From positions 17,112,001 to 17,176,000 of the forward strand of contig JBHGNT010000008.1 of assembly GCA_043228905.1 (NCBI GenBank): 64,000 bases of DNA. Reading direction: 5' to 3'. This DNA comes from Azolla caroliniana. Lineage: Eukaryota > Plantae > Polypodiophyta. Made by a program: the position numbers and the translations under genes. A model generated the notes under the pieces. That model ran no database searches and was not told where the DNA came from. It worked only from the letters and a program-made list of their open reading frames with translations. Of this stretch, positions 12,581 to 25,763 are shown in pieces; position 1 is the first letter of the stretch, and every line of letters starts with the position of its first letter.

Positions 12581-15500
12581 AATACCATATCTCTGACCAC
12601 AACTTTCTTGATAGAAAGATCTCGGAGTAAGACGTTCGACCTATTGTGCTTGTTGATTGTCGGCAAGACAACAAGAACCAGCATTTTCCTAACTCTGGTA
12701 TCACTACACTCTTCATTTCAGAAGATTATTTTAGAAACCATTTAAGATTTAATGCAACCAGACATGGACAAAAAAGCCAACGAATCAAGCAAATTTCTAG
12801 AACCAAAATAGTAGCCTTTGTTGTGATTCATTAATCAATCAACAACGCATTGTACAACAAGGAAATACGCAATGTTCTACAAGAAAAACTAATTTCTTTT
12901 GAGCAACAAGAACTCATAGACTATCATCTGCAAGATTTTGCATTATAAGCATTCATGTTTACGTCGTTTTTTTAAGAGCTCATTCGGGATTTACTCAACC
13001 ATACATACAAAAACAATCGAAAACAATCTCAAGAAGGAAGTAAAATTAAACTCACGCCATATATTTGAGAGTCCAAAAAAGGATTCGCGCTTACAGAACT
13101 CTGACAGTACTCAGATTCGTGGAGAAGGTTCGCACCTGTAAAGGAGAAGAAAACCAGACAATAAGAGCTCTGAAAAAGACGAAGGAATTTTAGAAGAGAT
13201 AAAACAAAGAGATTATCCAAAAGAACCTTTCCGTGCTGGAGGAGGATCGGACTGGAAGAGGCGACAACCATGGCTACTGCGGCTGCAGCTGCCTGATGCC
13301 TTCCTGTGCAGGTATGGAAGAGTGGACATAGATAGTGTTGTCCAAGGAAATCGGTCAAATCATTTGTCCACCAGGAACCAATCCTCGGGATCGGCCGGGC
13401 AGCTGGCCAAGCCAACCCATCCTTAGGACCGGTTTATGGTTTAGGGTTCCTATACCATAACTTATGCATGTATAAAAAGTTTAACTAGACTCCTATTTTG
13501 AGGATCTCCCACATGGATGGATGTGGTCGAAAGAACCTTGACAATGATCCGCCTCCCAATCTAACTAAGTCGATTCTCCCCTCCAAATTATCCTCCATCC
13601 GTTGATTTTAGTTGTGTTATTATGTATACGTAGGAATATGAAATTATATTGATGACTATATTTGAGTGTGAAGTGTAGGTGCAATGTATACATGTTGTTT
13701 GAGCATAGTAAATTATTCTTGCAAGTGGTCAATCCAAGGATTCATTGGTTTAGTAGGCACTTTAACAGTTAAAAAGATCAATAAATGGCGTAGTCGATTG
13801 CAAATAATTACAAATAGATTTTCATTGGAATTTAACAAAACTAAGTCCCAAATAATTGGTCCCAATCTTAATTTATTTGGTCGATAATTAACTGTTTCAA
13901 ATCTTTTTAAAAAATCACAAAATTGATGCTTTGGCAAAGAAATGTTTGTCTCACAATGTTTGCATGACCCGAACACAAGTGTAACGTTCAATCAAAGTAT
14001 GATTCTAAGAAAATGACAACAAAATGACAAAGTTGATCTCGAAAAATGTCATTCATTTCTAGTTGAAAAGTGGTTGGACCATTAGGCAAACTAAATGGCA
14101 TGGTGAAAAAGTTAGAATAGTCATAGCACATATGAAATGCGGTTGTAGGAATATCCTCCTCAACCATTCTTGTTTGATGGTAGCTTGTTCAAACGTCAAT
14201 TTTGGTAAAATATCAAGCATTGTGCATACGATCAATCAAACTGTAAGCACGTAGCAATGGATACAAATTTCTTAATAGTCACTTTATTCTCCATGTTCCA
14301 ACTTCTCCCTTGACTGAGATAATCGGTGCATCTACCCCCAAGGAGATTTATTATAACGAATGTGACACATCCTTGAGTAATCTTTAAGTTGTGTTGCAAT
14401 CTCATTACCTTCAAGTCAACCAAGTTGACAAGGTCAAATTCTCACAACAACACATGGTATGAGATTTATTTTATGCTCAACATTATGTTTAAGTGGTAAT
14501 CCAAGTAGTGGTCACTGGTTCCTTAAGGAAAAGATATTTGTCTATTTATGATTAAATGGAGTAATCTTTGTGAACATGAAAAGGTAATTGATTCACATCA
14601 ACATTAAAAATGGTAATATTAAATTGTTGGAACAATCACACAACAATAAAATAGAAAATATGAATACTCCATTAAAAGATTTGGAAAAGCCATATGAGAT
14701 TTCGAAGAAATCTTTGTACATTGAATAAAGTGTGTAACACTATTTAGTGCAAAAGTTGCCAAATGGCTAATCCAATAAATGGATTAAGAGTAGTTTTTAT
14801 TATAAAGGCATGGATATTAATATAGTTTTACATCAATGGATCTCACAATCATCACATCAAAATCAAGATTTTCTATAAAGTAATCTAGATACAAATTAGC
14901 AATTGATAAGGTACAACATTGATCAATTACATTCCTCCATCTCCCAAGTGATATCTATAAATGCTATCACCTATATCCATCCATTCACAACAACATAACA
15001 ATGGGCATAGGGATTTAGAAACACATTGTTATGTCTATTGATAGCCTTGCCACTTCTTTAGCTCGCTAAATAACATGTAGATAAAACTTGCAACCAAATC
15101 TAAGAAATGTAACTCCAAGTATAGACATTTTAGAAAATAATGAGAATTATCTTCCACTTGAATAGTGGAAAAGAGGCAACTGCCTATTACTAGTGCACAT
15201 CACTTTAGAGCTAATCCTAGAGGCAAATCTCCCAATCATTATGGCAACCTTTGCTACTAGTGGCAATTTAGAGTGCCAACTACATTTCACAATCCGCCAC
15301 CATCCATAATTAGAGTTATGTACCTTCCATCCTCCCCCCACCCCCTCTATGGAAACAATAATGTATTACTTATGAAAGTCAAATTACAACCTATGGAATA
15401 TGATGTCCTATTGGCTCACCAAAAAATCAATCAAGGTTCCCATGACATTCTTCATCTCTAGATACATCATCATTATGGACCTATTTAGTCCCATGTGATA

Positions 15501-16559
15501 AAGACCAATGCAAATGATGGACATGAGGCCATGCCAACAACTTACAAGTCCCTAATTCCTCTTTGTGACAACTTCCATGTAGTTTCCAACAAGGAAAACC
15601 ATCGTAACAATATGCCTTTTAATCGTCAAATGTGTCTTTAAACTCCGTATTAAGCATAAAAAACAAAGGCATTCCAATATGCTACTAAAAATGGAGCATA
15701 AGAGGAACACTCATTTATATGGAAGAGAAATCGACCTTAGATATTGAAAGGGTATCTTGAAATGTAGGGAAGGCATTCTGAATTGTACTATTGAAATGGG
15801 GGTTTCCACATTCTGCATATAAAAGGCCACACTATAGATTTAAATTTCTAGATGACCCTTGCCATTACTATCAATCAATCAATATAGACAATGTTCGTCT
15901 CAAATATGCAAAAAAACATGTCTCTCTCTCTCTCTCTCTCTTTATTGATTGCTTAAAAGTATGTGATGTGTGAACCCCATAACCTAGCCTAGTGTCGCAT
16001 AGTTTCCATGCATGTATTCTATTGGAACATGCACCTACCAACCTTTGTAGGTACTATGTTCCATATAAAATTACATTGGTATCAAACCTTTCATGTGCTT
16101 ACCTCCACAAATGTGTAACTTCGTTTCTCGATACATAAACCCTCCTAGGGGTTATGTTTCACAACAAGGAAACCGAAAGGACTTAAAACAACGAGCCGCA
16201 CATGTATACATGTGGTAATGATTTCTTTGCATGCGAATGGCACTCAAGTCGTGACACAAAGAGTTAGGGCATGTGCGCACACACACGCACACATGAGCAA
16301 CACACAGTATAGATAGATAGCATTTACTAGACGAAGATTTACCAACTTATTGGGGGGAGTGAGGAATGCTACCCCAAATGCAAAGTATTATTGATTGAAC
16401 ATGGTGGTAGGGCAGGCACGCAGTTAATTAATTACGAGACAGACAGACGTAGGCGCGGATAGATATGTAGATGATAGGTATAACGGTAGTGAGATTCAAG
16501 GGAGGGTTGCTCTGCTTGCTGCAGGGTGACCGTCTTCAGATTCATGATGGGGGGGTTAT

Positions 16560-17267
16560 TCAAGTTAGGGTGGCCTTGACGCTGGCGGTGAGGGAATCCA
16601 CTTCGGACTGGTGAATGCCGAAGGTATTCTGGAGCACGATCCCTGGCAGGGGTGGGTTGGCGGCGAAGAGGGCCACCGCGAGCTGAGAGACGCCTGGGTT
16701 CTGGCTGTTGAGGGCGGCGATGGCCAGCGCGGGGTTCTTCTTGTCCAGGTTGATCTGGAAGTGGGCGAGGCCGCGGGGGAAGACGAAGAGATCGCCGGGA
16801 TAGAGCGTGGCCTGGAAGAGCGTGTTGTTGGGGGCGGTGGAGACGAAGCCGACGGTGAGCGTGCCCTGCACCAGGAAGAGGACCTCGGTGGCGCGCGGGT
16901 GGACGTGGGGAGGGTTGAGTCCGCCGTTGGCCGGGAAGTCGATGCGAGCGATGGACAGGCCCTGCGTGTTGAGCCCAGGGAAGTTGTTGACGGAAGCCAG
17001 AGTGACGACGGCTCGTGGGAAGTTGTTGGTAGGCGGGGCGGCTGCGCCGGCAGTCCGGAGCAGCGTGGACGTGAAGTCTTGGGCGGTGACGGCGGCGGCC
17101 GGCTTGCAGGTGCGTCCGTTGATGGTGACGGCGTCGACGGCGGCGGCCACGCAGAAGTCTTGTAAGGGGTCCTCGTCGGCGGCGGACGCCAGCTGGGCTG
17201 GGGATGTGAGGCACAAAAAGGCCAGGAGGAAGCTGAGCGAAAGAATGGTGGGGAGGGATGATGCCAT
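16560..17267 (-). CDS. Germin-like protein (cupin_1), secreted, intronless, 235 aa
   Basis: ATG at 17267 (MASSLPTILSLSFLLAFL signal peptide), box A QDFCVA, box B GLNPPHVHPRATE, box C PRGLAHFQIN. Intact GC-rich ORF with upstream TATA-like and (GA)n tracts. Confidence 0.95.
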   Translation of the reverse strand: MASSLPTILSLSFLLAFLCLTSPAQLASAADEDPLQDFCVAAAVDAVTINGRTCKPAAAVTAQDFTSTLLRTAGAAAPPTNNFPRAVVTLASVNNFPGLNTQGLSIARIDFPANGGLNPPHVHPRATEVLFLVQGTLTVGFVSTAPNNTLFQATLYPGDLFVFPRGLAHFQINLDKKNPALAIAALNSQNPGVSQLAVALFAANPPLPGIVLQNTFGIHQSEVDSLTASVKATLT

Positions 17268-19701
17268 TGGATGGGATGGGATGGGATGGGTACTAATCAA
17301 ATTTCAAAGTATCTATGTATGTATATGGTGTATGATAGAAGGTTTGGAAATGTTTTAGCCCGCTAAGTGGATGGTATGTATATATAAAATATGTATGTAT
17401 GTATATGTATAACCTATAGGAGGAGGTTGGTGGAAGAGTCGGTTTTGATGATGATAGGGATCCTGAAACTCTACTCCTATATATATTGTATAGAGAGAGA
17501 GACAGATAGCCAGATAGAGAGATAGAGAGATAGAGAGATAGAGAGAGAGCCAGGAGAAATATTCGCTGCTGTGGCCCGTGGGTGTGTGTCTCTGTCAGGG
17601 GTCTCGCTGATTACTTACTGCGTTAGCCGATAAGACAGGATGACATAGTCATTGGCTTTCGTGGGGGAAATGGGAAATACAAGCGGTCATTGAATTTTCT
17701 GTCTTTCTTTTGGGACGTGACGTGAAGATGTATTACATAATCCATACATACAAATTCTGGGGAGAATATATGAACTTTGAAGAAGAAGTCGCATGACCTT
17801 GCGAAGAAGGATAAGCAATATATATATATATATATATATATAATATGTATATGTATGTAAACATATATATACATATATGTGTGTGTGTGTCTATACATAC
17901 ATACATACATACATACATATGTATGTATATGCATATGTATGTACATATTGCATTGTATTGTAATTTATCGACGTATGTATGTGAAGAACAATTCAATGTT
18001 GTTGTTGAAGTGCGTGGGAAGTAAGTCAAAGCACGCGAAGTTGCTTTGTAGATGCGGAGTCGGTGGATGGGGCTTGGGGTTGACAATGTAAGTGTGCTTT
18101 GCCTGGTTCACTATCATGACACATGTGCACATGACTCTTTTGGTCTTGACTAGGCATTAACAAATTAATGGCTCATCACGTCTATGACATAGAAATTGCA
18201 CCTTCGGGATCATTCAAAACAGGTTTTTATAAAATGACAACGGTAGAATTGAGTCACGACTTACCTATTTTTATATTACTATTAGCATTGTATCTACTCT
18301 CGAACTAGGCATTAAATGTTGTGGGTAAAAGAAACCAGCGATTAATTAACATTGCATTTGTAAATAATAAAAACTTTTGTACTTACAAAAAAGGGAAATT
18401 TTGAATCCCTTTTTTTCATTTGTTTATGCTCACTCTTTGCTACCATCTTTATACACATACATGTTACACCATTCAATCATACATATGTACATACAAATTT
18501 ACAATCATACATGATACACATGATTATGGAAATGTATGTGCAACACACATTCATAGATACATACATACATAAATACAATCATATGTTTTTTTGACGAATG
18601 TATGTGTGTGTGCAATTTTCTATGCATGTTTGTATACATACCACAAGACCCACTTAACGGGTGGACGGTGGTGGAAGCTTTAAAAAGTGTGATCTACTTT
18701 AGTTATATGTATAATTACAATTCATTATAAATCAAACTATTTTCTTTTCTTTTGGTAGGTTGAGATTTACTACAAGTCACAGCCAATCTATTTCGAATAC
18801 TACCTCAAACATTCCATCTTTATCATTGGATATGTATGGGGCACGGTTAAAACAATTCATAAAACATATTTATTTGCTTAGCATATTTACTAACAATTGC
18901 AAAGAACATGTGAATAGATACCAATTCTTAGAGCTATTAACGGAGACGAATCGTCATAGATAGAATGAGAGGTAGAAAGTGAAAGTGAGAGAGCATGAGA
19001 GGTGGGGAGTGACCTAGAGAACTAGGAAGAAAGAAAGAAAAAGAAAGAAATGTTAACGTCTTCTAAGGCCAAAATTGGCCCATGAGACAATTGGTTTACA
19101 ACAAAATGAGATATTTACCCATTCATCGAAAGTTAAAATAAAATAAAAATAGAGCTTAAGCTAAATAGTTCTAGTAAAATAACAAACATGTTCTACAATG
19201 AAATGACTTTATATTACGCCTAGTTTCATTTCCATCCAAGTCTCTCAAAAAGAAGTGGGAGGTCAAAGGGTTTCGATGTGGATGTGGGCCCCCGTGGTCC
19301 CAATGTAGAAGGTACCCCCACCATAGCTTCTAGTCGGCGTACTCACGTTCCCGTATCTTCTTAATCTTTTCTACTCCATGTCGAGTTGTTTTGAAGCCCA
19401 ACATTTGAGGGCGTTTGGTTGTTCTTTGCATTTCTGCTTCCTCAAGAGAGAGGTGGAGTGGCGTAAGTGCATCCACATTCATCATCTCCCCTTGTTCCTA
19501 AAAATTTACACTACTTACATGTTGATGAATATTAACGGTTAACAGTTTGTAGCTTATTTCCCTATGTTGTTTTAGCTCTAAGATATACCTACCTAGTCTC
19601 TTTATATCCGGGGTATCTGATAGTTTGGAGAGGGTGGGGGGGGGGGGGGGGGAGAGAGAGAGAGAGAGAGGTCTTTGTTCGTCTGCGTGAGAACCGCGAC
19701 G

Positions 19702-20054
19702 ATGGGGAAGGGATTCACTTTCAAGACAGAGCTCACTTTTGAGGAGAGGTCCTTCAAGGCTTCCAAGATGAGGGAGAAATACCTTGATAGAGTACCTGTC
19801 ATCGTGGAAAAAGCTAATAGAACGGATATGCTTGATATGGAGAAGAAGAAGGGTGTATTGACTTGTTTAAATAGGTTGTATTGGATTCTTTTGAGATGGG
19901 TTTCAAACTCAAGAAAATGATGCTACGTGATTCAGGTTTCTTGTGCTTGAGGAATTGTCGGTTGGTCAGTTTGTTTATATTATTAGCCAAAGGCTTCATC
20001 GAAGTTCGGATCAAGCCTTGTTTGTCTTTGTAGGAAATGCACTTCCACCCATTT
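19702..20054 (+). pseudogene. ATG8: ATG8 (ATG8h/i-like clade) partial pseudogene, C-terminal exon absent
   Basis: MGKGFTFK..KYLDRVPVIVEKA..DMEKK / KFLVLEELSVGQFVYIISQRL..ALFVFVGNALP. The intron at about 19851-19935 has a GG rather than GT donor. A further donor GTATGT at 20055 has no downstream exon. Confidence 0.85.
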
Positions 20055-20214
20055 GTATGTGCCAACTAACCGTTCCTTACTTTTTTTCCCTTGTGGATAT
20101 TTTGGTCCCCTTCCCCCTCCAAGTTTCTTGTTGGGTATTTACGAGAGTGGCCATAACTGTCAAAAGTTACCAGAAAAAGAAGAAGAAGAAGAGAGAGATC
20201 TTATCCGTGGAAGT

Positions 20215-20628
20215 GAATGGTGTGTTAGAGTTTTAGATGCAGGATGGAAATCTCATCTTCCTTTCCGTGCAAAGGTGTTTCTTTGGCGTGATATGGTTGG
20301 TGGGTTACCTTTGGCTATGGCTTTAAAACGAAGACACATTGATAGTGGTACATGTGTCTTTTGTACGACGATTGATGAAGATTCTCGACATAGGTTTATA
20401 TCTTACCATGTTACTAAAAGTATATGGATAGTTATATCACAACTATGGGGGTCATTGACTGGAAATGTTTTGTCACCTTTTCAATGGGTTTTCATTGAAG
20501 GTGATAGAGTTTTACCATCCCTAGAGTATAATTTTGTGTTTGATTATTTGAGGTACTTGGGCATGTGGTATATTTGGAACTTGCAGAATGGTTTCTTATT
20601 TGATGGGCTTTCTGGAGTATCTCAATAG
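20215..20628 (+). mobile_element. LINE (L1-type) ORF2 3' fragment, zf-RVT region
   Basis: WKSHLPFRAKVFLWR..LPLAMALKRRHI..CVFC..EDSRH.F..SIW..MWYIWN.. is the typical non-LTR zf-RVT tail. Confidence 0.8.
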
Positions 20629-20829
20629 ATATGTAGGATAAGAGGAAAGTTGATTTGGCAGTTTTCACTATTATATTGTATAGGAACTTTGTCCCCATAT
20701 GAGTTACATTTGTGTTGTTTTGTATTGCAGCACCTTAGAAGGTTGCCCTTGCCACATCGCTACTTTTGATGTAGTTTTGATAACAAGGTTTTTTGTATTG
20801 TCATGATTGTTTTAATATAACCATACATT

Positions 20830-20874
<45 letters not shown>

Positions 20875-21167
20875 ACAAGAAAGATCAAAAGGATAAAGGA
20901 GATAGTACATATTGCATTGTCTTGTACATATGTATCGTATTGTATTGCATGCATGCATGTGTTGTAGTGTGTGGATGTGTGTGAAGAAGAATATGAAGAA
21001 CAATTCAATGTTGTTGCTTAAGAAATAGAAAGGAAGGAAGTAAAAGCAAGTGGGTTGGGGGGAAATAAATAAGCATGAAGGGGATGGGGAGTGAGAGTCC
21101 TTATCATCATCATCATCCCTTGTAGTCTCACTTGATGATGGATGGGGTGAAGGTGGGGGTGGGCTTA

Positions 21168-21460
21168 ACTTGGAACCAAACCTTCAATCGGTTTAAAAAT
21201 GGTTTGGTGGTTTGGTTTGGTTTACGCTTCAACTTCCTTAACTAGTTTGAGCTCGATTTGGGATGGATCAAGCAGAGCCGATTTAGGCCAAATCGGGAAA
21301 GGCTTAATAGGCTTGGCTAAACTAGTTCCTAAATTGGTTTAAGCTTAACCGGTTTGGCCAAATCAGTTAGCCTTAGTCGATTTATCAAGCTCCCAAACCA
21401 GTTAAGGCTTAATTGGTTTGGTTTAGACAAGGCCAAACCGGTTAAGCCGAAACGGAACTG
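21168..21460. repeat. MITE-like insertion rich in AACCG/CGGTT subterminal-type motifs
   Basis: Dense ggttt/aaaccg/ccggtt motifs in both orientations; this block is absent from the paralogous segment at about 18.0-18.3 kb. Confidence 0.45.
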
Positions 21461-24373
21461 TTGTTGATTCCTAAATATAGTCATGCTTTGCCTCGTTCAC
21501 CATCATCATGATTCACACATGCACACATCTCATTTGGTCTTGACTAGGCATTAACGGATTATCGAGTGACCACTTCTAAGACATATAAATCACACCTTTG
21601 TGATCAATGTGTGTGTTCAATAAAATGGCAGTGTTAGAGTCGAGTTGCAACTCTCCATTTCATATCATTAGCGTTCCATCTGCTCTAGAATGAGAAATTA
21701 AATGTCATTAAATGAATTTATGATTATGTGTATATGCAAATGTGTGTATGTAGGTATGGTTGAAAGTATGTTGGTGTGCATATGTATGTACAAATAAGCA
21801 TAATTGATTGTTTATATATGCATATGTATGTATGAGTGTATGTGTATGCTTGAATAATCATATGGATGTATGACCATATGTGAATGTATGCTTGAACAAT
21901 CATATGTATGTATGTATGCATATTGAAACTTTGTTAAAATTTGGCATTGTTTAGTATATCAAATATATTATTTGGGTAACCACCCCATAGTGGTATTCCC
22001 TATAATGAGTATTGCGTGACGTAAAAGCATATTGAATGAAATGCATGGTTCAACATGTTTATACATTGAATAAGCCATTATATTTCTAGTAGTTTTGAAA
22101 TTTTAAGTATGAAGATGTGTTAAATGAGTCATTTTGGCCAAATTGGGAACAATTGTGTTACACAATCTACAATATGTAGAGTTTCTTCCTTGATTGGTTC
22201 CATTTCATCAAATTGAGTTAGCGGGAGTTTTTTTTGTCAAATTCAACTTCGTACATCTAGATGTCGACGAGTCCTTGCTTCTCTTCTCTTAGATTCAAGA
22301 TCCAACTAAGAATTCCCTAGCTCTCTCTAATAAGCCTCTTTATGTAGCATCTATGGTAGCTATTGACAAAATTGTAAATAAAATTGAAGAGTTTGAGTCA
22401 ATTCACGTGGTTCTTTTGTGATTTGGCATGTGTGGCTTTCTTGAACATTTTTAGTGGTCTTGAATGCCTACTTTTTCATAGTCTATCATGGTTTAAACTC
22501 CAAAATCTTGAGTTTGATTGAAGAAAGGGAACAATAAATCATGGACACTATAGCAAATAGTTATCCCAAGTCCCTCACAATTCGGCTCCCATTAAATCTC
22601 AATGTTTATCCACAAAGAGGGACACGAAGAGGAAATTTAATTTTTGCAATGTTAGCAACCCCATGCTCCCACTTGTGGACATGTGAGGCCTAATTTACGA
22701 ATGTTTTTAACAAATTGAAGGCTATTATATTCCTAGATCAAGAGTATCAACATTATGATTGTTCAATCAATATGCAACCAAGGAAAGAGACAACATAGGG
22801 ACCCTATATGATCTTGCCATGACACCAAGGCTATCACGTATACATATAATGTTGATAACATTTCATGTACAATGTTCATAATTCATGTATTATAACATCT
22901 TGTGCTATAGTTATTGTGACACTCCTAGCTATGCACGATCATAAAATCGTATGCATGCACCATAACCAAGAGGTGACTGCGCATAACATAATGGCATACT
23001 ATACATATATAAGGCATTATGTTATTAGAACCATTTTGATTAAACATTAGTCTTCAACACATATTGTAAATCTTGTCCCTCTCATTTATAATACAAAATC
23101 CCTTTTCTTCTTATTTTCCTTCTTACTTTGTTTTATAATTTAGTATAGGTTTTTACTTTGGCCTATCACACATCGAGATTATATTAATGAGAATTCAATA
23201 AGTCAGTGGATTTATTGGACATTCTAGATTCTCAAATGGTGCACCCTTTGACTTTGTTAATAATCTTATTAAATTTGATTACACAATATCTGTTATATAA
23301 TAAATCTATACCCACCAAATGGGCAAATTGCGGTTTCAACAAGGGTGATGTTGGTCAATCCACTACTAAAAGTGTTCCCGACAATGTGCCTCGACTACAT
23401 CTAATGCATCAACAATGCCAACATTGGTCTAGTGCTTGTTAAGAAATTATCATACGCGTTGCCTAAAGGTCTTCTAGGATCTAGTGCGGCCCCGGGAGGA
23501 AGTGATCATGGACATATGGTTTGCGCTTATTAGTTTCCTATGAGGGCAATTGGACGAGGTTTGCAGCCATTCCTCTGACGTGGGTACTGCCCACTTGCGC
23601 TTTTGGCAGAAATGGCGGAACACGCCTATCATGACACAAGGAGGAAGTGGCCCGAGGTGGAACTACCAACCCCCACACTGGCTGTTTCCAGCTCACTTAT
23701 CACCCTCCCTTTGTTGTTGACCCCAAGATTTGTCTCGTACTATCACTATGTCAAAGAATACAACAGGAGGCACGGAGGCAACGACCTCTTGCTCAAACTC
23801 TTCGCCTGGCGGCGGTTACAACAGAGAATCACTTTGTATCTCCTCTCTCTCTCTCTCTTTCTCTCTCTCTCTACTACGCTCTGTACAACAGTTACACCAA
23901 TAACTCTATACAACAGAAAATGACAACACAATGATACACTCACACTCAAGAGTTTGCCCTAGGTCATATTTATACTAATATGACTTTCGGGCTATTTACA
24001 AATATAGCCTCAGTGGGTTCTCTGGAACATATTTACATATATGTCCCTTCATCTAGTGAGAGGTTCTCACCGGGCCTGCAACATCCGGTTCTCACCGGGT
24101 CTTCCTTGCCAGGTACTCATCATCTGGTTCTCACTGGGCCTTCATCATCCACTTCTCACCGGACCTTCATCATCCCATCCAGAGGGACCGAGATCCTAAC
24201 AAACTCCCCCTTCACTCTGGCATGGGATGCCTTGTGTCCGATCCTCTTTCGCCATGCGTCCAGCTTGTCGGGTGTCAGCACCTTGGTCAACATATCTGAT
24301 TCGTTCTCCTCCGTGTGAATCTTCGTCAGCACGAACTCTCGATCTTCTACTCGCTCCCGGATCTAGTGGTACC

Positions 24374-24728
24374 TATTAGGAAACAGGTCCCTCCGGATGG
24401 GAAGTGAGAAGAACAGTACTGATGAGCAAACTCAGTCGAGGCCGATAGGTCGAGGCCGAATCCGGATGTGGAGTACCCGGCTACGGAAGACCCGGTGAGA
24501 ACCGGACGACGAGCACCCGGCAAGAGCTGGATGGTGAAGGCCAGGTGAGAAGTGCTCACCGGATGAAGGGACATATTCGTAAATATGTTTTCTGAGAGTC
24601 CATCGGGGCTATATTTGTAAATAGCCGAAAAGTCATATTAGTATAAATATGACTTAGGGCAAACTTAGAGTATGATGTTGTAGTCGTTGTTGTCATTCTC
24701 GTTGGCGCAAGATTAGAGCGCAACAGTG

Positions 24729-24781
<53 letters not shown>

Positions 24782-25052
24782 GAAGAGTTCGTATCTCTGT
24801 TGTAACCGCCGCCTGTGGCGAAGACAGTGAACAAGAGGTCGTTGCCTCTGTGTTCATCTATTGTATATTGTTACATAGTGATAGTTAGCAGTTAGTGGAC
24901 TGCCGTGGTTTTTCCCGTGTTTGGGTTTTCCACATAAACATCCTGTGTACTCTTCTCTCTATTGTGTCGTGCATTCATTCCCGTTTTCTGTGTTTGATTC
25001 TAAGGTTGGTTGTGGCCGAGCGTTGTTCATCGGGAGTGTGCAGTTCCTGACA
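24374..25052 (+). mobile_element. Solo LTR (copia, C/D-related) inserted in RH of C
   Basis: TATTAGG(TG>TA)...CTGACA ends, TSD GTACC/GTACT, similar to LTR 26644-27323. Confidence 0.85.
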
Positions 25053-25763
25053 GTACTTGCGCTAGATGTACTTGGTTCTGGAATGCTATGCCACATTCTT
25101 TACAAGGTGGATGGCACTTTGACTGTCACAGTAGAGCCGATATTTCTCTTGCCGGATCCCTAGCTCTCTGATGAAGTCATTCATCCATAATATTTCCTTG
25201 CCGGCTTCCACAACTGCCATGTACTCCGCCTCTGTGGTTGACAACGCAACCGTCTTTTGCAGCTTCGACTGCCACGAAACAGCTCCCCTTGCATATGTCA
25301 TAACATATCCCGATGTTGACCGGCTCGTATCCACATCAGCCGACATATCCGAATCGGTGAAACCGTCAAGTTGGGGTTTACCGGAGCCGAATCAGAGACA
25401 CATAGTTGAGGTGCCTTTCAAGTATTGGAGTATCCATTTTACCGCATTCCAGTGCTCCTTGCCGGGATTGCTCATAAATTGGCTCACCACTCTGACTGCG
25501 TATCAGATATCCGGTCGGGTACACACCATTGCGTACATTAAGCTCCCAACGGCAGATGCATATGGTATCTTCATCATATCCGCCTTCTCTGCCTTCATCT
25601 TCGGGCTTTTCTTGCCGGATAACCTGTAGTTTGCCGGGAGTGTCGATCCGACCGGTTTCGCATCTGACATGTTGAACCGCTGAAGCACATTTGTCACGTA
25701 CTTCTCCTGTGACAGCCACAATTGCTTCTTTGACCGGTCTCGGATGATATGCATCCCTAGTAT

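Noticed and set aside
13600-15900. Possible decayed coding sequence (also about 62570-63000)
   Set aside because: No recognisable motif could be reconstructed by eye.
16432-17358. Overlapping ORFs 16432-17214, 16611-17165 and 16807-17358
   Set aside because: Shadow frames of the GC-rich germin gene with no independent motifs.
17623-18091. ORFs rich in YIYI/HTH (also 20793-21003, 21724-21921, 63427-63649)
   Set aside because: Translations of (TA)n, (CATA)n, (GA)n and (CA)n microsatellites.
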